From assembly GCA_963702845.1 (NCBI GenBank), contig OY969763.1:1696001-1760000 (forward strand): a DNA stretch of 64,000 nt, read 5' to 3'. The translations under genes were made by a program, and so were the position numbers. Below the pieces are notes generated by a model. It was not told the DNA's origin. It worked only from the letters and a program-made list of their open reading frames with translations, and did not search any database. Positions 19,662-30,248 of this stretch are shown here, piece after piece (position 1 is the stretch's first letter; the number at the start of each line of letters is the position of its first letter). The DNA is from an uncultured Verrucomicrobiae bacterium (GTDB lineage: Bacteria > Verrucomicrobiota > Verrucomicrobiia > Limisphaerales > Palsa-1400).

Positions 19662-21052
19662 GTTCGGTTAAGGCGTATCTGATGGATGGGCGCAAGGCTG
19701 GGTGTCCGCGCGACCAGATGGAGAATTTTCTGAGGGCAGAGATTCACCTGCAAGCGCGGCAGTTGGCGGCGTCAGCGGCCGCGCGGTTTTGTGACCGGCG
19801 AGACGGGCCGACGGCGATCGGCTACGGCGGTGCGCGTGGCGGCGGCAAGTCGCATTGGTTGCTCGCGCAAATGGGCGCTGACGACTGTCAACGCGTGCCT
19901 GGGCTGAAGTGTTTGCTTCTGCGCAAGGTCGGTAAGGCAAACGTGGAGCATTTCGAAGATCTACGGCAACGGCTGTTTTCAAAACTGCCGCATGAATTTT
20001 CGGCGTATCGAGGCGTGCTCACGTTCGCGAATGGTTCGCGCATCATCGCCGGGCACTTTCAAAACGAGAAGGACATCGACGCGTATCTCGGTCTCGAATA
20101 CGACGTGATTGGGATCGAAGAAGCGACGACGTTGTCGTCGCGAAAGTATCAGGACATTTCGACGTGCTGCCGCACGAGCAAGCCGAACTGGCGGCCGAGG
20201 ATTTATTCGACGACGAATCCCGGAGGCGTCGGGCATCAATGGTATAAGGCAAAATACATCGTTCCGTTTCGCGACGGAAAGGAAACGGAGACGCGATTCA
20301 TTGCGGCGCGCGTGGCGGACAATCGTTACAACAATCCTGAGTATGTGCGGGTTTTGGAAGGGCTGCCAGCATGGCAACGGCGGCTTTGGTTGGATGGCGA
20401 TTGGGATGTGGCGGCGGGACAGTTCTTCACGACGTTCCGGCGCGAGGTGCATGTCATTGACGATTTCGATGATAAGCGGGCGCGGGAATGGTTCTGTGCG
20501 CTGGATTATGGTTTTAACCATTACACGGTCGTTTATCTCGGCTGCACGGATGGCGACGGGAATATGTTCGTTGTGGATGAACATGCGGAACGGCTTTGGT
20601 TGCCGCAACGGCATGCACTTGCGATCAAGGCGATGGTGCAACGGCGGACAATCGGAAATCGCAAATTGGAGGTTTCAGATTTGAAACGGTTCGTCGCCGG
20701 CGCGGATGTGTTCGGTCGACAGAGCGACGGCACCACGGTCGCGGCGCAGTATGCGCGCGAAGGAATCACGCTGCGTTGTGCGAACACGGATCGTGTGAAT
20801 GGTTGGGCTGAGATTTTGCATCGTCTGGGGGATGCCGACGCGAAGATCAAGCCGACTCTTTTTATTCATCGGCGATGCGCGCGGCTGATTGATTGTCTGC
20901 CGGCGCTGCAACGCGATCCGAATCGGCCGGAGGATGTGATGAAGGTGGATGCGGATGAAGGAGTCGGAGGCGATGACACCGCCGATGCGTTGCGTTACCT
21001 GGTCGCGACGAAGTCGCGCGTGGTTGTTCAACGGAAGTTGAGGGGGCTCTGA
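19658..21052 (+). CDS. terL: Terminase large subunit
   Basis: YGGARGGGKS; IGIEEAT; TTNPGGVGH; LDGDWD; LDYG; DDTADALRY. Confidence 0.93.
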   Translation: MSSVKAYLMDGRKAGCPRDQMENFLRAEIHLQARQLAASAAARFCDRRDGPTAIGYGGARGGGKSHWLLAQMGADDCQRVPGLKCLLLRKVGKANVEHFEDLRQRLFSKLPHEFSAYRGVLTFANGSRIIAGHFQNEKDIDAYLGLEYDVIGIEEATTLSSRKYQDISTCCRTSKPNWRPRIYSTTNPGGVGHQWYKAKYIVPFRDGKETETRFIAARVADNRYNNPEYVRVLEGLPAWQRRLWLDGDWDVAAGQFFTTFRREVHVIDDFDDKRAREWFCALDYGFNHYTVVYLGCTDGDGNMFVVDEHAERLWLPQRHALAIKAMVQRRTIGNRKLEVSDLKRFVAGADVFGRQSDGTTVAAQYAREGITLRCANTDRVNGWAEILHRLGDADAKIKPTLFIHRRCARLIDCLPALQRDPNRPEDVMKVDADEGVGGDDTADALRYLVATKSRVVVQRKLRGL

Positions 21053-21137
21053 AGAAAAAACTGAAGACTGAGGGACTGAGGACGGAGCGGCGGCGGGCCA
21101 CTGACTCGTGGATTGTAAACGCAGTCCCGACTCCTAG

Positions 21138-21416
21138 TTAGCTAACTTTGTCATGAAATTTATGGCGCACGATATGGATAATGCCGCACGACACCAAGCA
21201 AAGTGTCCATGCGAAACACAATCCGGATGCTCCAAGGCATACGTAAGCAAACCCATTTACTCGCCACTCGGCAGCACGCCGCTGAGCCTCGGTTCTTTCG
21301 ACGACCTTACCGTCAGGCGTAATATATCTTTTCGCGGGGGAGTATGGCGCAAGCGCCATGGTCGCAAAAAAGAACAGCCCGATCGAAAGAACCAACCATC
21401 TTAATGGGCGTTTCAT
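21138..21416 (-). CDS. Cassette-like membrane protein
   Basis: Two TM segments; partial attC at 21085-21143; family-2 module upstream. Confidence 0.6.
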   Translation of the reverse strand: MKRPLRWLVLSIGLFFFATMALAPYSPAKRYITPDGKVVERTEAQRRAAEWRVNGFAYVCLGASGLCFAWTLCLVSCGIIHIVRHKFHDKVS

Positions 21417-21432
21417 CGCGTTTTGTGTGGCT

Positions 21433-21481
21433 AGCGGTTAATATACGACGATTGTTCGCATAATTCTGATAGGCGGACAAG
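21433..21481 (-). repeat. attI-like module family 2
   Basis: CTTGTCCGCCTATCAGAATTATGCGAACAATCGTCGTATATTAACC-GCT|AGCC. Confidence 0.5.
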
Positions 21482-21587
21482 ACTGTTGTGCTGAGGCAGG
21501 CGCGAAAGTGCGGAGTCCAGAGGTTGCAAATCTCTGGCGTGGATGCGAGCCTCACTGGCCCCTGGAGGCGGCGAAGATGATGTAGCG

Positions 21588-21656
21588 GATGCGTTGCGGT
21601 ATTTGGTCGCGACGAAGTCGCGGGTGGTGGTTCAACGGAAGTTGAGGGGGTTGTGA
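21588..21656 (+). pseudogene. Second copy of terL 3' end
   Basis: Encodes DALRYLVATKSRVVVQRKLRGL*, same peptide as 20984-21052. Confidence 0.85.
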
Positions 21657-21706
21657 CCGACAAGGTTGAAGGATGAAGGCCAAAGGATGAAGTTTTGGAA
21701 TCGAGG

Positions 21707-21758
21707 CTTGTTCTCGTATCGAAAATGTGCGAACGGTTGTCAGATATAAACGTTAGGC
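21707..21758 (+). repeat. attI-like module family 2, plus strand
   Basis: CTTGTTCTCGTATCGAAAATGTGCGAACGGTTGTCAGATATAAAC-GTTAGGC ending 12 bp before the next ATG. Confidence 0.6.
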
Positions 21759-21770
21759 GTCTGCGACACC

Positions 21771-22142
21771 ATGAAAACATACGGAACACTACTCGCGATC
21801 TGCTGCGCCTCGGTGCTCACTCTGGTATCTGGTTGTGGGCAGAAGCCGAAAGATGCACTAGTGATGCAGCAGCAACAGGCCCAAGAAAGTATTGCGCAGT
21901 TTCGGCGAACTTTTGCAGAAAAGGATGCCACCGTCAAAGTGGGCACTACACTATCAAACGCTATAGTAGTCTTTGGGAAACCTATTGCCTTCACCAATGA
22001 TGACAGATCGGTGGAGGCGCACTTCGCGTTCATGCCTTACGGTTTATCCTATGTAAAATACGGCACTTTGACCAATGGGTTTACACTGCTTGTCTCAAAC
22101 GGCATTATCGTGCGAAAGGCTTATTCGTTCACAACGGACTGA
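21771..22142 (+). CDS. Cassette-like lipoprotein
   Basis: VSGC lipobox; degenerate attC at about 22146-22206. Confidence 0.7.
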   Translation: MKTYGTLLAICCASVLTLVSGCGQKPKDALVMQQQQAQESIAQFRRTFAEKDATVKVGTTLSNAIVVFGKPIAFTNDDRSVEAHFAFMPYGLSYVKYGTLTNGFTLLVSNGIIVRKAYSFTTD

Positions 22143-22324
22143 GTGCCGACTGATTGTGCACTACAGCAAATGACGGCGGGTTGTCGTTGAGTTTGGGTCG
22201 TTAAGGCGGAGTCCAGAGGTTGCAAATCTCTGGCGTGGAGGGTGCGAGCCGCACCGGCCACTGGAGGCGACGTGAGTCTCCAAAACGGATGGCTCGCGCC
22301 ACGGCGGACGCGAGGCAAAATGGG

Positions 22325-22714
22325 CTATCCGCGACTGGCCGCGCAGGTTTGCGGCTTGGCGTCGCGATCGGCGGTGTAGATGAGGGGTTGGCCGCAGGCG
22401 TGGCAGGTCTTCCAATAGGTGCCGGCGTCGCGATCTTTCTGACTGCGGCAATACCAACGGATGCCGCATTGGGCGTGTTCGTCTGGACTGCGGTATTTGT
22501 GCGCGCTGGCACGCTGGAAGCGGCGGTGGTTCTTGGCGATTTCTTCCTCTGCGTTGCGTTTCTCGCGCTGGATGTTGACGAGGATCTTCGCGGCCTGCTT
22601 GGCTTCGGTGCGAGCCGCACGTGCCTGCTGTTCGGCGGCGCGTTGGGCTTCGCACTTCGCGGCTTCGGCCGCAACGGCGACGGCTTCGAACGGCATGAGG
22701 GATTGTTGAGTCAT
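22325..22714 (-). CDS. Hypothetical protein with CxxC
   Basis: Coiled-coil N-terminus; CHACG. Confidence 0.45.
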   Translation of the reverse strand: MTQQSLMPFEAVAVAAEAAKCEAQRAAEQQARAARTEAKQAAKILVNIQREKRNAEEEIAKNHRRFQRASAHKYRSPDEHAQCGIRWYCRSQKDRDAGTYWKTCHACGQPLIYTADRDAKPQTCAASRG

Positions 22715-22759
22715 ACGCTGGAATGGCTCGCGCCCTGGGCGGACGCGAGCCAGGTGGGA

Positions 22760-23122
22760 CTATGCTGCTGCGGCTTCTACTTCGATGGGCGGATGTGCCT
22801 CATTAATGAGCTCAAGCTTTCGCTCGGCAGACATGACACGCGCGAGAGAGGAAGCGCGGCGGAAGTCGTAGACACCGTAAACGGTGTTGATTGGCTGGCC
22901 GTTATCGTCTCCGACATAGACTGACCAACGCTGCACGGCTGTGCCGGTTTTGTCTTTGGTTTGTTCCGGTCCGCGAAAGAAGACTGCTCTGAATGTCTGA
23001 CTACCTTGCTGTGCGATCCGGTTCATGAGCCCTGGCGTTTCTGTGTTTTGATTTTGTGTATTTGTTTTCATGTTCTTTTTTTTGACTGCTCTGCTGTGCG
23101 CTCTCGGACTGTCGCCCTTCAT
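22760..23122 (-). CDS. Hypothetical protein
   Basis: Plausible composition; true start probably MKTNTQ. Confidence 0.5.
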   Translation of the reverse strand: MKGDSPRAHSRAVKKKNMKTNTQNQNTETPGLMNRIAQQGSQTFRAVFFRGPEQTKDKTGTAVQRWSVYVGDDNGQPINTVYGVYDFRRASSLARVMSAERKLELINEAHPPIEVEAAAA

Positions 23123-23361
23123 CCGAAAGAGGCCGCGCGGGCAGGCGGGCAGTGGAAGTAGTCTTCAGAAGGCGCCACGTTGTCCCCTGACGAAAAGCGG
23201 CCCGGTGAGGGCGATGGTCGAGTGGCTAGCAGAGGGTTAAAAGGAACCAGACGGTGTCTGGACTCACTTTTTCTGGACTTAATTAGGGCTCAGGGGAATG
23301 CCAAGCGGCAACTGAGCGTGGCAACAAATCGCAGAAAGAGTGCGCAGCGAGGGCGGATTTC

Positions 23362-23643
23362 TTATCGTCCGGAAGCGATGGTGATCGCAGAGGCGACAAT
23401 CGCCGTGACGGCGAAGGCGAGAAAACACCATCCAATTACTCTAATCCGAGGGCCAACCAGCATTTGTTTGGGTTCGTGTTTGAGGCTGAACCAAAAGCAG
23501 ATGGGACCAAGCAAAGCAGGAACGAGTCTGTACCATCCGCCGACTGAAGTACAAACGAGGAAAAGGACAATTAGGACTAAGCTAAGAAGCGTCCATCGCT
23601 TGTTGGTCAGAGTCACAGGAACAGAATATCGTAACTGTTTCAA
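23362..23643 (-). CDS. Small membrane protein
   Basis: Three hydrophobic segments. Confidence 0.5.
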   Translation of the reverse strand: MKQLRYSVPVTLTNKRWTLLSLVLIVLFLVCTSVGGWYRLVPALLGPICFWFSLKHEPKQMLVGPRIRVIGWCFLAFAVTAIVASAITIASGR

Positions 23644-24546
23644 AGGTGAAAGCGTGAAAGCGGAGCGAGCGACTGCAGCTGAGTCTTAGCGACCCCGCCT
23701 GTTTGCGTTCACGCTGCGGAGTGAGGGCGTGGCGTGAAGAATGCAAAACGGATTGGCGCGCGCACTGCAGGCCGATGGCGGGGAAGATCGGCCGGCCGCA
23801 TGTGAGCGTGCCAAGCCGTTTTCCCTGCGTGGCATAAGGCAATATTGTGCGACAAATCCGGTTCGCATCAGTGGGTCTCGCGGGTCCCGCTGGTGCGATG
23901 CGTTATTTCGCAACGGATTTTCGTCACAATGTTTCTTATGTCTTAGCAGTGGTTCGCAAGGCAGACGCCCAGACGCGCAGGTGCGAGCCGCACCGGCCAA
24001 GCCGAGTATCGTAGCGTCTGCCGGTTTCTTCATGCCACGCTAGAACGGAGCTTAGCAATTCTCGCGGGGTCGCATCGTGCGGTCTCGCGGTGGTCGCGAT
24101 CTCTGACGTGTGCGCGGAAGTCGAGGATGTCGCCGGCGTTCGATGGGTGTTAGCACACGGCCACTTGGGCGAACGGTAAGGCGATACCGCAGGCTTTTGC
24201 GCAGAGGTCAGACCAAATTTGGGAGCGTGCGCATGACTGCGACGCGGCGGAGGCCAGCGAGCTTGCGAGCGTTTCCGAAGCTAGTTGCAGTGATGCGTGA
24301 GCTCTTGGGAAATGCTTTGCCAGTCTCCATAAATTTGAAACGTCGGAACGGAGCGGCAACGGAAGAGCTGATCGGCGGAGTTGTTCGTCGATTGGCTCTG
24401 GAGTGTTAGCGGAGTGGAGCGTTTTTAATTTGTGGAGTCTGGCTCTTCGGGGCTGCGCAAGGGTGAGGACAACGACGGTGCTTGCACGATGGAGCGACAT
24501 CGGCAGCGACAGTCGAGTCGATGGCGTCACTCTTGTGCGGCAGGGG

Positions 24547-25104
24547 CTACTTGTGAAAGGCAGGGTTTTTTAGTTTGATTCGGCCAAGAACATTGGACCG
24601 GGCCATATTGTTCTCATTGTAAAATGACATTTCCAATGTCTCTTCGTTCGTTGGGCATTCTGGCCAGGTGATGGCAACGATGCCCGGATGGTTCAGCCAT
24701 CGCCAAGCATGCAATTTCCAAGCGGCCATTATTGTGTAGGGCTCCCCGGGATCCTGGACGGCACACCATGTCCGGCGAGAGCGATCGGGCTCGTATGGAT
24801 TTTCGCTGAACCAAAACACTGCCTCACCCGGGCCCGTATGGAATGGAATCGTATTCGTTTGCATGAAGAGTCGTGGGAAAACTTTCGAGCTCAAGAGGCT
24901 CAGCTTTTGCAAGGCGCGCTTTGCTGGGTTTTGGTTCAGCCACATTTGACTGCGGACGTCGTATGTCGCCTCTATTAGTTTGAGCGTCGGTCCGTTAGGG
25001 ATCGTGATCGTTACCTGGTTAAGTTGAGTTAACCACAACAGAGCAGCGATTCCCACGGCGAGGGCGCAAATAGCCACCAGAGTAAATTGGGTTTTGCGCC
25101 GCAT
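24547..25104 (-). CDS. Membrane-anchored hypothetical protein
   Basis: N-terminal TM; long ORF. Confidence 0.6.
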   Translation of the reverse strand: MRRKTQFTLVAICALAVGIAALLWLTQLNQVTITIPNGPTLKLIEATYDVRSQMWLNQNPAKRALQKLSLLSSKVFPRLFMQTNTIPFHTGPGEAVFWFSENPYEPDRSRRTWCAVQDPGEPYTIMAAWKLHAWRWLNHPGIVAITWPECPTNEETLEMSFYNENNMARSNVLGRIKLKNPAFHK

Positions 25105-25812
25105 GAAAGGAGGTTGGCAGAACAGGGAAAGAGTTCAAGCCGGTGACTAGGTTTAGTCGGAGAACTGAGATTTGAAACGGCTAAGCAGTGAATCGCCTTA
25201 GCGATTCGACTGCGTGCCAGAGTAACCCAGCGTCGGGGTTGGTGGTGTCTTTGGGCGTCTTTGTCTTTGGGGCGAGCCGGTAGGCGAGGCGGTTGTCTTT
25301 ACGGGTTCGCGTTGGCGCGCGTTCCCTAGCGGGGGAGGGGGCGAAGTGTTGCTAGCTATTCCGAGCGCGCCTGCCCCCTCCCCCAGCAGCCCGCGTCGAC
25401 CGCGATTAGCGGAACTGCGACGTGGTCTGGGGGAGGGGGCGCGGGGGCGGGAGCGGGGAGCGCGCGAGGGGGGCAATGCGCTGGTGCGCGAGGGGGAAAA
25501 TGGGCGGGTGCCGCCGGCGTGCGGCGGGGAAATCAAGGCGGCGAGAGACGCTGGATTATATGAGCAAAGCGAACCGATGTTGTCTTTGGTGGCGCTGTCG
25601 GACGGTTGAGGCGTTTGGTTTGGGTGGAGGGCTAACTGATGCCGAAGGTTCGTACCAGCTTGAGCGACTGGCGGCTGCGCTGCTCTGTGCGCGCGAGTCG
25701 CGCCTCCCTATGTGGAAAGCAGCGCAGATGACAGGCGCGCAACTGACTTTGTCTTTGTGGGTCGTCGAGCTGCCAATAAGCGTTCGAATCACCGAGAGCG
25801 GACGCGAACGAT

Positions 25813-26382
25813 TCAGCTCACCGATGGTGGCGGCAAGATGTGCTCACGAGTTGTGCGCCAGAGCTGGCGAAGCACTGGCCACGCACCGCAGGCGACAATG
25901 GCAATACCCGACACTAGGATTACACCGGCCATGTGCAGCCGCCCCGGCTCCAAGGTGCGTCCGGCTGTGTCAAAGCCTCTATAAGCGATCAGACTGCCGG
26001 CCAGGATAGCTATCCGCTGAAAGAAAGCGAATCGACAGAGCACGAGGGCTATCAATGGGACGCAGGTGAAAATGAGAATGCTGGATATTTCCCAATAGGA
26101 TGGAACCCAGCAGGCGTCCATGTAGCCGCAAATAAGATAGGTCGTAAATAGAAACAGAAGAATCGATATTGCCCTCCGAGCAATACCCATGCGGGGAAGA
26201 TCACGCCATCCCAAGGCGAATGCTACAAAATAGGCGATTCCCCCGGAAACCATCTCAATCGATGCGAAGTCCTCCATACCGCGGTAAGCGGCACGAAAGA
26301 AGAGAGCCTGCGACCAAGTCCCAGCGGCAAAGACGAAAAGCGTGGTTGAGTGCCAGAGCCGCTGTTGTGCTTTAGATTGCAT
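25813..26382 (-). CDS. Cassette-borne multi-TM protein
   Basis: Follows attC 26393-26488; reads into a degenerate attC ending GTTCGCG near 25803. Confidence 0.6.
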   Translation of the reverse strand: MQSKAQQRLWHSTTLFVFAAGTWSQALFFRAAYRGMEDFASIEMVSGGIAYFVAFALGWRDLPRMGIARRAISILLFLFTTYLICGYMDACWVPSYWEISSILIFTCVPLIALVLCRFAFFQRIAILAGSLIAYRGFDTAGRTLEPGRLHMAGVILVSGIAIVACGAWPVLRQLWRTTREHILPPPSVS

Positions 26383-26392
26383 TCGTGTCCGC

Positions 26393-26488
26393 ATTTAACG
26401 ACAAGCTGAGCCGCGCCGGACCAAACACCGTGAACCGCGAAGCGGAACTGTCGGCGCAACCGGCGTTGGCTCCAGTGCTGTGTTAGGG
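26393..26488 (-). repeat. attC site
   Basis: CCCTAAC-ACAGC-ACTGGAGCC...GGCTCAG-CTTGTC-GTTAAAT. Confidence 0.85.
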
Positions 26489-26495
26489 CGCTTGG

Positions 26496-26909
26496 TCATT
26501 GTGGTGGCATCCTCTCAAGGATCTCGACACTCTTAACAATCCGACAAGCATCGTCAGAGTATGAAATTCTTGCTCGGTAATTCTGATAGCCACAACGTCG
26601 CGACGAGCCTTGCAGCCGATAAATCTTACCGCGTGGCTCATCGGATGCCTGCAAAGGTCCGACAATGTTGGAAAACATGATGTGACCGCAATTGTCGCCA
26701 TGCGCTTTCTCGTAATCCCTCATCGCCCGCTTGTAAAATTCCACGTTCTTCTGAAACTGCCTCTCCGCATCGTCCAAACTCGCAATCGCCTGTCCTGCCT
26801 CTGAATTGCGGGAAACTCCAATCTTGGTGACGCCCGACTGGCAGCCAGTGATAACAACTGCGGCGGCGCAAAATGAAAGTAAGATGAACTTGTGGTGCGT
26901 GTTTGACAT
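26496..26909 (-). CDS. Cassette-borne lipoprotein
   Basis: ITGC lipobox; starts after GTTAGGC. Confidence 0.7.
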   Translation of the reverse strand: MSNTHHKFILLSFCAAAVVITGCQSGVTKIGVSRNSEAGQAIASLDDAERQFQKNVEFYKRAMRDYEKAHGDNCGHIMFSNIVGPLQASDEPRGKIYRLQGSSRRCGYQNYRARISYSDDACRIVKSVEILERMPPQ

Positions 26910-26915
26910 CGGCCT

Positions 26916-27086
26916 AACTCTGATTATGCGACACGCTGTCGCGGTCATTTTGATATACGAACGGTTGGTTCATATTGGTTGAGGAGATTATTGTTATGCT
27001 GGCGCTGCGAATCAAGCGCAACACAACGCGCTCGCGAGCACGGCGACGACATGCCGGAGATCCGCGATTGGAAGTGGAGTGCGTAG
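26916..27086 (-). repeat. attI-like module family A, copy 5 (short xfp tail)
   Basis: Core; TTGATT-N17-AATAAT; REHGDDMPEIRDWKW fragment on + strand. Confidence 0.8.
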
Positions 27087-27158
27087 CGGCAGACCAACGA
27101 GGCGCTATTTATCAATTTAGCTCGGGAGGTTTCACACAGGCTCGCGACTTGTTAGGCG

Positions 27159-27566
27159 TCATTGGAATTGGCCCGGTCCAAGCAGATAACGATAAAAGCC
27201 TGGATACTCACTGCGCAGCAGCGGAATGACGACAGCCGGAGCGTGAGTCCCACAATTAAACCTCTTCCTTTTCACGTAAACAATGGCGGAACGTGAATCT
27301 GACGAATCCAACTCAATGCGACCGCCCGAGTCGCGCATGTCCTGACTCAAATGCTCTGGTTCGTAGTCCAACATCACGAGCACTCTGCCGTCAGCCAACG
27401 TAAGGCGATTGCTCGACACAGACGTAATGGCAATCGAATTGGTGAGCGGATCGTTGTTGAGCGGGATGGGACGATAAAAACTGACGCCGACCGTGACTGC
27501 GAGGAAGGTGAAGAGAGTTACGATACCGACTGCGCCCCAAACCGTAACTCTGACGATGTGTTTCAT
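27159..27566 (-). CDS. Cassette-like membrane-anchored protein
   Basis: Ends just before GCCTAAC; family-2 module upstream. Confidence 0.65.
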   Translation of the reverse strand: MKHIVRVTVWGAVGIVTLFTFLAVTVGVSFYRPIPLNNDPLTNSIAITSVSSNRLTLADGRVLVMLDYEPEHLSQDMRDSGGRIELDSSDSRSAIVYVKRKRFNCGTHAPAVVIPLLRSEYPGFYRYLLGPGQFQ

Positions 27567-27573
27567 TACGCGT

Positions 27574-27624
27574 AAGAATTAATCCGCGACAACAGTTCGC
27601 ATAGTTTTAATCCGCGAACAAGGG
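27574..27624 (-). repeat. attI-like module family 2
   Basis: CCTTGTTCGCGGATTAAAACTATGCGAACTGTTGTCGCGGATTAATT. Confidence 0.6.
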
Positions 27625-27729
27625 TTTTTAGGGTCGAGGTTCAAAGTTCCGACGTTTCGTGTGGATAACGCAGCGCAGATGACAGGCGCGCAACTGACTT
27701 TGTTATTTAACCACTAACGGTGTTTGTGG

Positions 27730-28371
27730 TTATTTCGCAAGGAGCGGTTTCAGTGCGGCCTCGATTACGGCAAGGTCACGAGGGGTGGCTTCAATATACA
27801 AGGAGTTGATACCGTCAGCATAAAAGTGCGTTGCTGAGGACCAATCGATGTTTATGGTTTTCAGCCATTTGTTCAGATTGTCGTTGAAAGCAACATCGCG
27901 ATGTTTGCCGCCTTCCGGGAGCGAAAACCTTTGCAACAGGTACCTGACCTGTCGAGTCGAAATTCTTTCCACTGCAGTTCGCCGCTACTCGCGCTGTTTC
28001 GTTGTGTGCGCATTGCAAGCCACTTTCCGGTCGCAGCTGATTTCGGGGGGTCCGTCGGTAAGATATCTTCAGGGGCGGAGTAATTTTTTATACTCGCGTT
28101 CTTCACGAGCTGCGGCCCTGTTTCTGTAGTTAGCTTCTTTCACCAAATCCAGATAATACCCGGCGGCTTTGTTCTTTGGGTCAAGTTTCAACGCGAGTTT
28201 AAGGGATTCCGCAGCATCCGCTAACTTGCCCATCTCGTATTGCTGTTTACCTTTTAGGACCAGCGCTCGAAGGGGTTTGTCTTGAATCGGATTAGCAATG
28301 GCATTGGTGATTTCGGCCCGTGCAAAAATCGAAGTGAGGAAGAAAATGACCGCGAAACTCCACGTTTTCAT
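27730..28371 (-). pseudogene. Split TPR/secretin-N-like gene fragments
   Basis: YEMGKLADAAESLKLALKLDPKNKAAGYYLDLV then LYIEATPRDLAVIEAAL in another frame. Confidence 0.4.
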
Positions 28372-28465
28372 TTTTCCAAGGGTGCCTGTCGCCGGCCGAA
28401 GAGTCAACGAGGCGGTTTGTTGGTGTGTCGCTGTCAGGTGCGCTTGTCGTCGATGTTGTTTTGTG

Positions 28466-28873
28466 TTAACGCAGCGTAGATGACCTCATAGGAAAAAGCC
28501 GCAACAATGCTAGCGAGCCGATTATGCTCGCTGCGACGCCCGCAGATGCGAACGCAACGAAGGGTAACGCCTCCCCGATTGAAAGACCGGCAAATAGGGG
28601 CAGAGCTACAACGACGGCGTAAGTCCCAATCACCGAGGGCAGCAAGTCAGACAGAGCCTCGGCGCTAAACCCCCTGCGCCCGATGAAACCTCCGCAAAAG
28701 AACATCACCAGAACGGTAAGCATAAAGGCTTCGGGAGCATGGTTACGGCCGTCCCTGATATTTCCCAGCGGTACGAAGGCCACAAAAATTAACCCTGCAG
28801 CGACAGCCGCCAGAATGGCGCCCGTAATGAATCCGAGCGCGTTTCTAAAGAATGATGGTTCGCGGATGTTCAC
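28466..28873 (-). CDS. Cassette-borne four-TM protein
   Basis: Starts after attC R' GTTAAGC. Confidence 0.7.
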   Translation of the reverse strand: MNIREPSFFRNALGFITGAILAAVAAGLIFVAFVPLGNIRDGRNHAPEAFMLTVLVMFFCGGFIGRRGFSAEALSDLLPSVIGTYAVVVALPLFAGLSIGEALPFVAFASAGVAASIIGSLALLRLFPMRSSTLR

Positions 28874-28879
28874 TGAATG

Positions 28880-28973
28880 GCTTAACGGCCCGGCTCAGGC
28901 AGGCCGGGACAACGGTGTGGGATTGCTAACAGACGCCCGATCCCGGCCTTGCCTGCAGCCCGGCTGGTTTTAC
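28880..28973 (-). repeat. attC site
   Basis: GTAAAAC-CAGCC-GGGCTGCAGGCAAGGCCGGGA...TCCCGGCCTGCCTGAGCC-GGGCC-GTTAAGC. Confidence 0.85.
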
Positions 28974-29318
28974 CTGTTTCTTGAACTCATGGCTGCTCGC
29001 TCGCGACACTGCCTCATATAGTTCACCGACCGTAAACTCTCTAACTCGGCCAGAACAAAGGCCCAAGAAATCCAAACCTTCCGGGTGAAACAAAAACTCG
29101 TCCGGTGCCAAGCCGAAGGTATCTCGGAATCCGCGCTCCTCAGAGGATAGCACTACATCGAACCGTGACTGGACCTCCTTTAAGATATCCACGCCGTCAT
29201 CCCCGGTAACACCCAAGTCCTTCTCGAACTTTGTCGATGGTACGATCGGAGTCTTGTCCGACAAGCCAGTGAACTCGCGGACGAACTTGACGAACTTTTC
29301 AAAGCTTGGTGCGCCCAT
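28926..29318 (-). CDS. Cassette-borne DUF1493-like protein
   Basis: DLGVTGDDGVDILKEVQSRFDV..FHPEG..FTVGELYEAV. Confidence 0.65.
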   Translation of the reverse strand: MGAPSFEKFVKFVREFTGLSDKTPIVPSTKFEKDLGVTGDDGVDILKEVQSRFDVVLSSEERGFRDTFGLAPDEFLFHPEGLDFLGLCSGRVREFTVGELYEAVSRASSHEFKKQVKPAGLQARPGSGVC

Positions 29319-29339
29319 CGATTCCTTTTCCTTCGGTAT

Positions 29340-29510
29340 AACTATGATTATGCGACGAGGTGTCGCGGTAATTTTGATATACGAACGGTTGGTTCATATT
29401 GGTTGAGGAGACTATTGTTCTGCTGCCGCTGGGAATCAAGTTTAACACAACGCGCTCGCGAGCACGGCGACGACATGCCGGAGATCCGCGATTGGAAATG
29501 GAGCGGGTGA
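29340..29510 (-). repeat. attI-like module family A, copy 6 (short xfp tail)
   Basis: Core, promoter-like segment and xfp fragment. Confidence 0.8.
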
Positions 29511-29516
29511 CCGCTT

Positions 29517-30203
29517 TTATGGGTAGCGCTTGAACACCGGATTGGTAGTCATGCCAAACTGGTTTATGATCGGGGGAATTTTTCCGCCGACGTGTTCCTG
29601 CGAGGCGATTTCATCCACCACAATATTTTGCACCGACGTGTTGGTATTCCCTTTTAGACATTCAAACACTTCCTTACGCTGTGTGTCTCCGCGAATCGAG
29701 AGGTAGATGATCGGTGCTATGTTATCTCGTTGGGCTGGCGAGTTTATCACACGTATCCACACGAAAGGATACTCGTCGTTAACTATTCTCTCAAAGGGAG
29801 ATGGCCCCATCCAGGCTCTTGGCACCAGAATATCCTTTTCGTGCAACCACGTTGGATGGTTCAGAAGCTCAGCAATGTTGCCCAGCGTCATTCCACTGTG
29901 GAAGTGACGAGCAAACATCTGTAGAACTGCGCGACTACGATGATCCACACTATATTGAGGATTGTTAGCGATGTCGTTCCAAAACTTCGGCGGCTCGTTT
30001 GTCAAACCAGAGTCCCGAAGCAATCCCAAAGCCGAAAGCAAGTTATTCGTACTCGCATGGACGTCTGCGATCTTCTTTAGAGCGGTGTGAAATTGCCGTT
30101 CCTGAATATGGGAGTTGGTGGTCGATTGTGCTTCTTGCGGTGTAACGCACCCGCCGAGCAGCAGCAATGCACCCGATAGCAGAACCTTAAGCGCGACTTT
30201 CAT
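29517..30203 (-). CDS. Lipoprotein
   Basis: LGGC lipobox; family-2 module directly upstream. Confidence 0.7.
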   Translation of the reverse strand: MKVALKVLLSGALLLLGGCVTPQEAQSTTNSHIQERQFHTALKKIADVHASTNNLLSALGLLRDSGLTNEPPKFWNDIANNPQYSVDHRSRAVLQMFARHFHSGMTLGNIAELLNHPTWLHEKDILVPRAWMGPSPFERIVNDEYPFVWIRVINSPAQRDNIAPIIYLSIRGDTQRKEVFECLKGNTNTSVQNIVVDEIASQEHVGGKIPPIINQFGMTTNPVFKRYP

Positions 30204-30248
30204 TAACTTGCGCCAACAGTTCGCATAGTTTTAATCCGCGAACAAGGG
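30204..30248 (-). repeat. attI-like module family 2
   Basis: Near-identical to 27574-27624. Confidence 0.6.

Noticed and set aside
20984..21656. Diversity-generating retroelement TR/VR pair
   Set aside because: Differences are synonymous and not adenine-specific; no reverse transcriptase in the window
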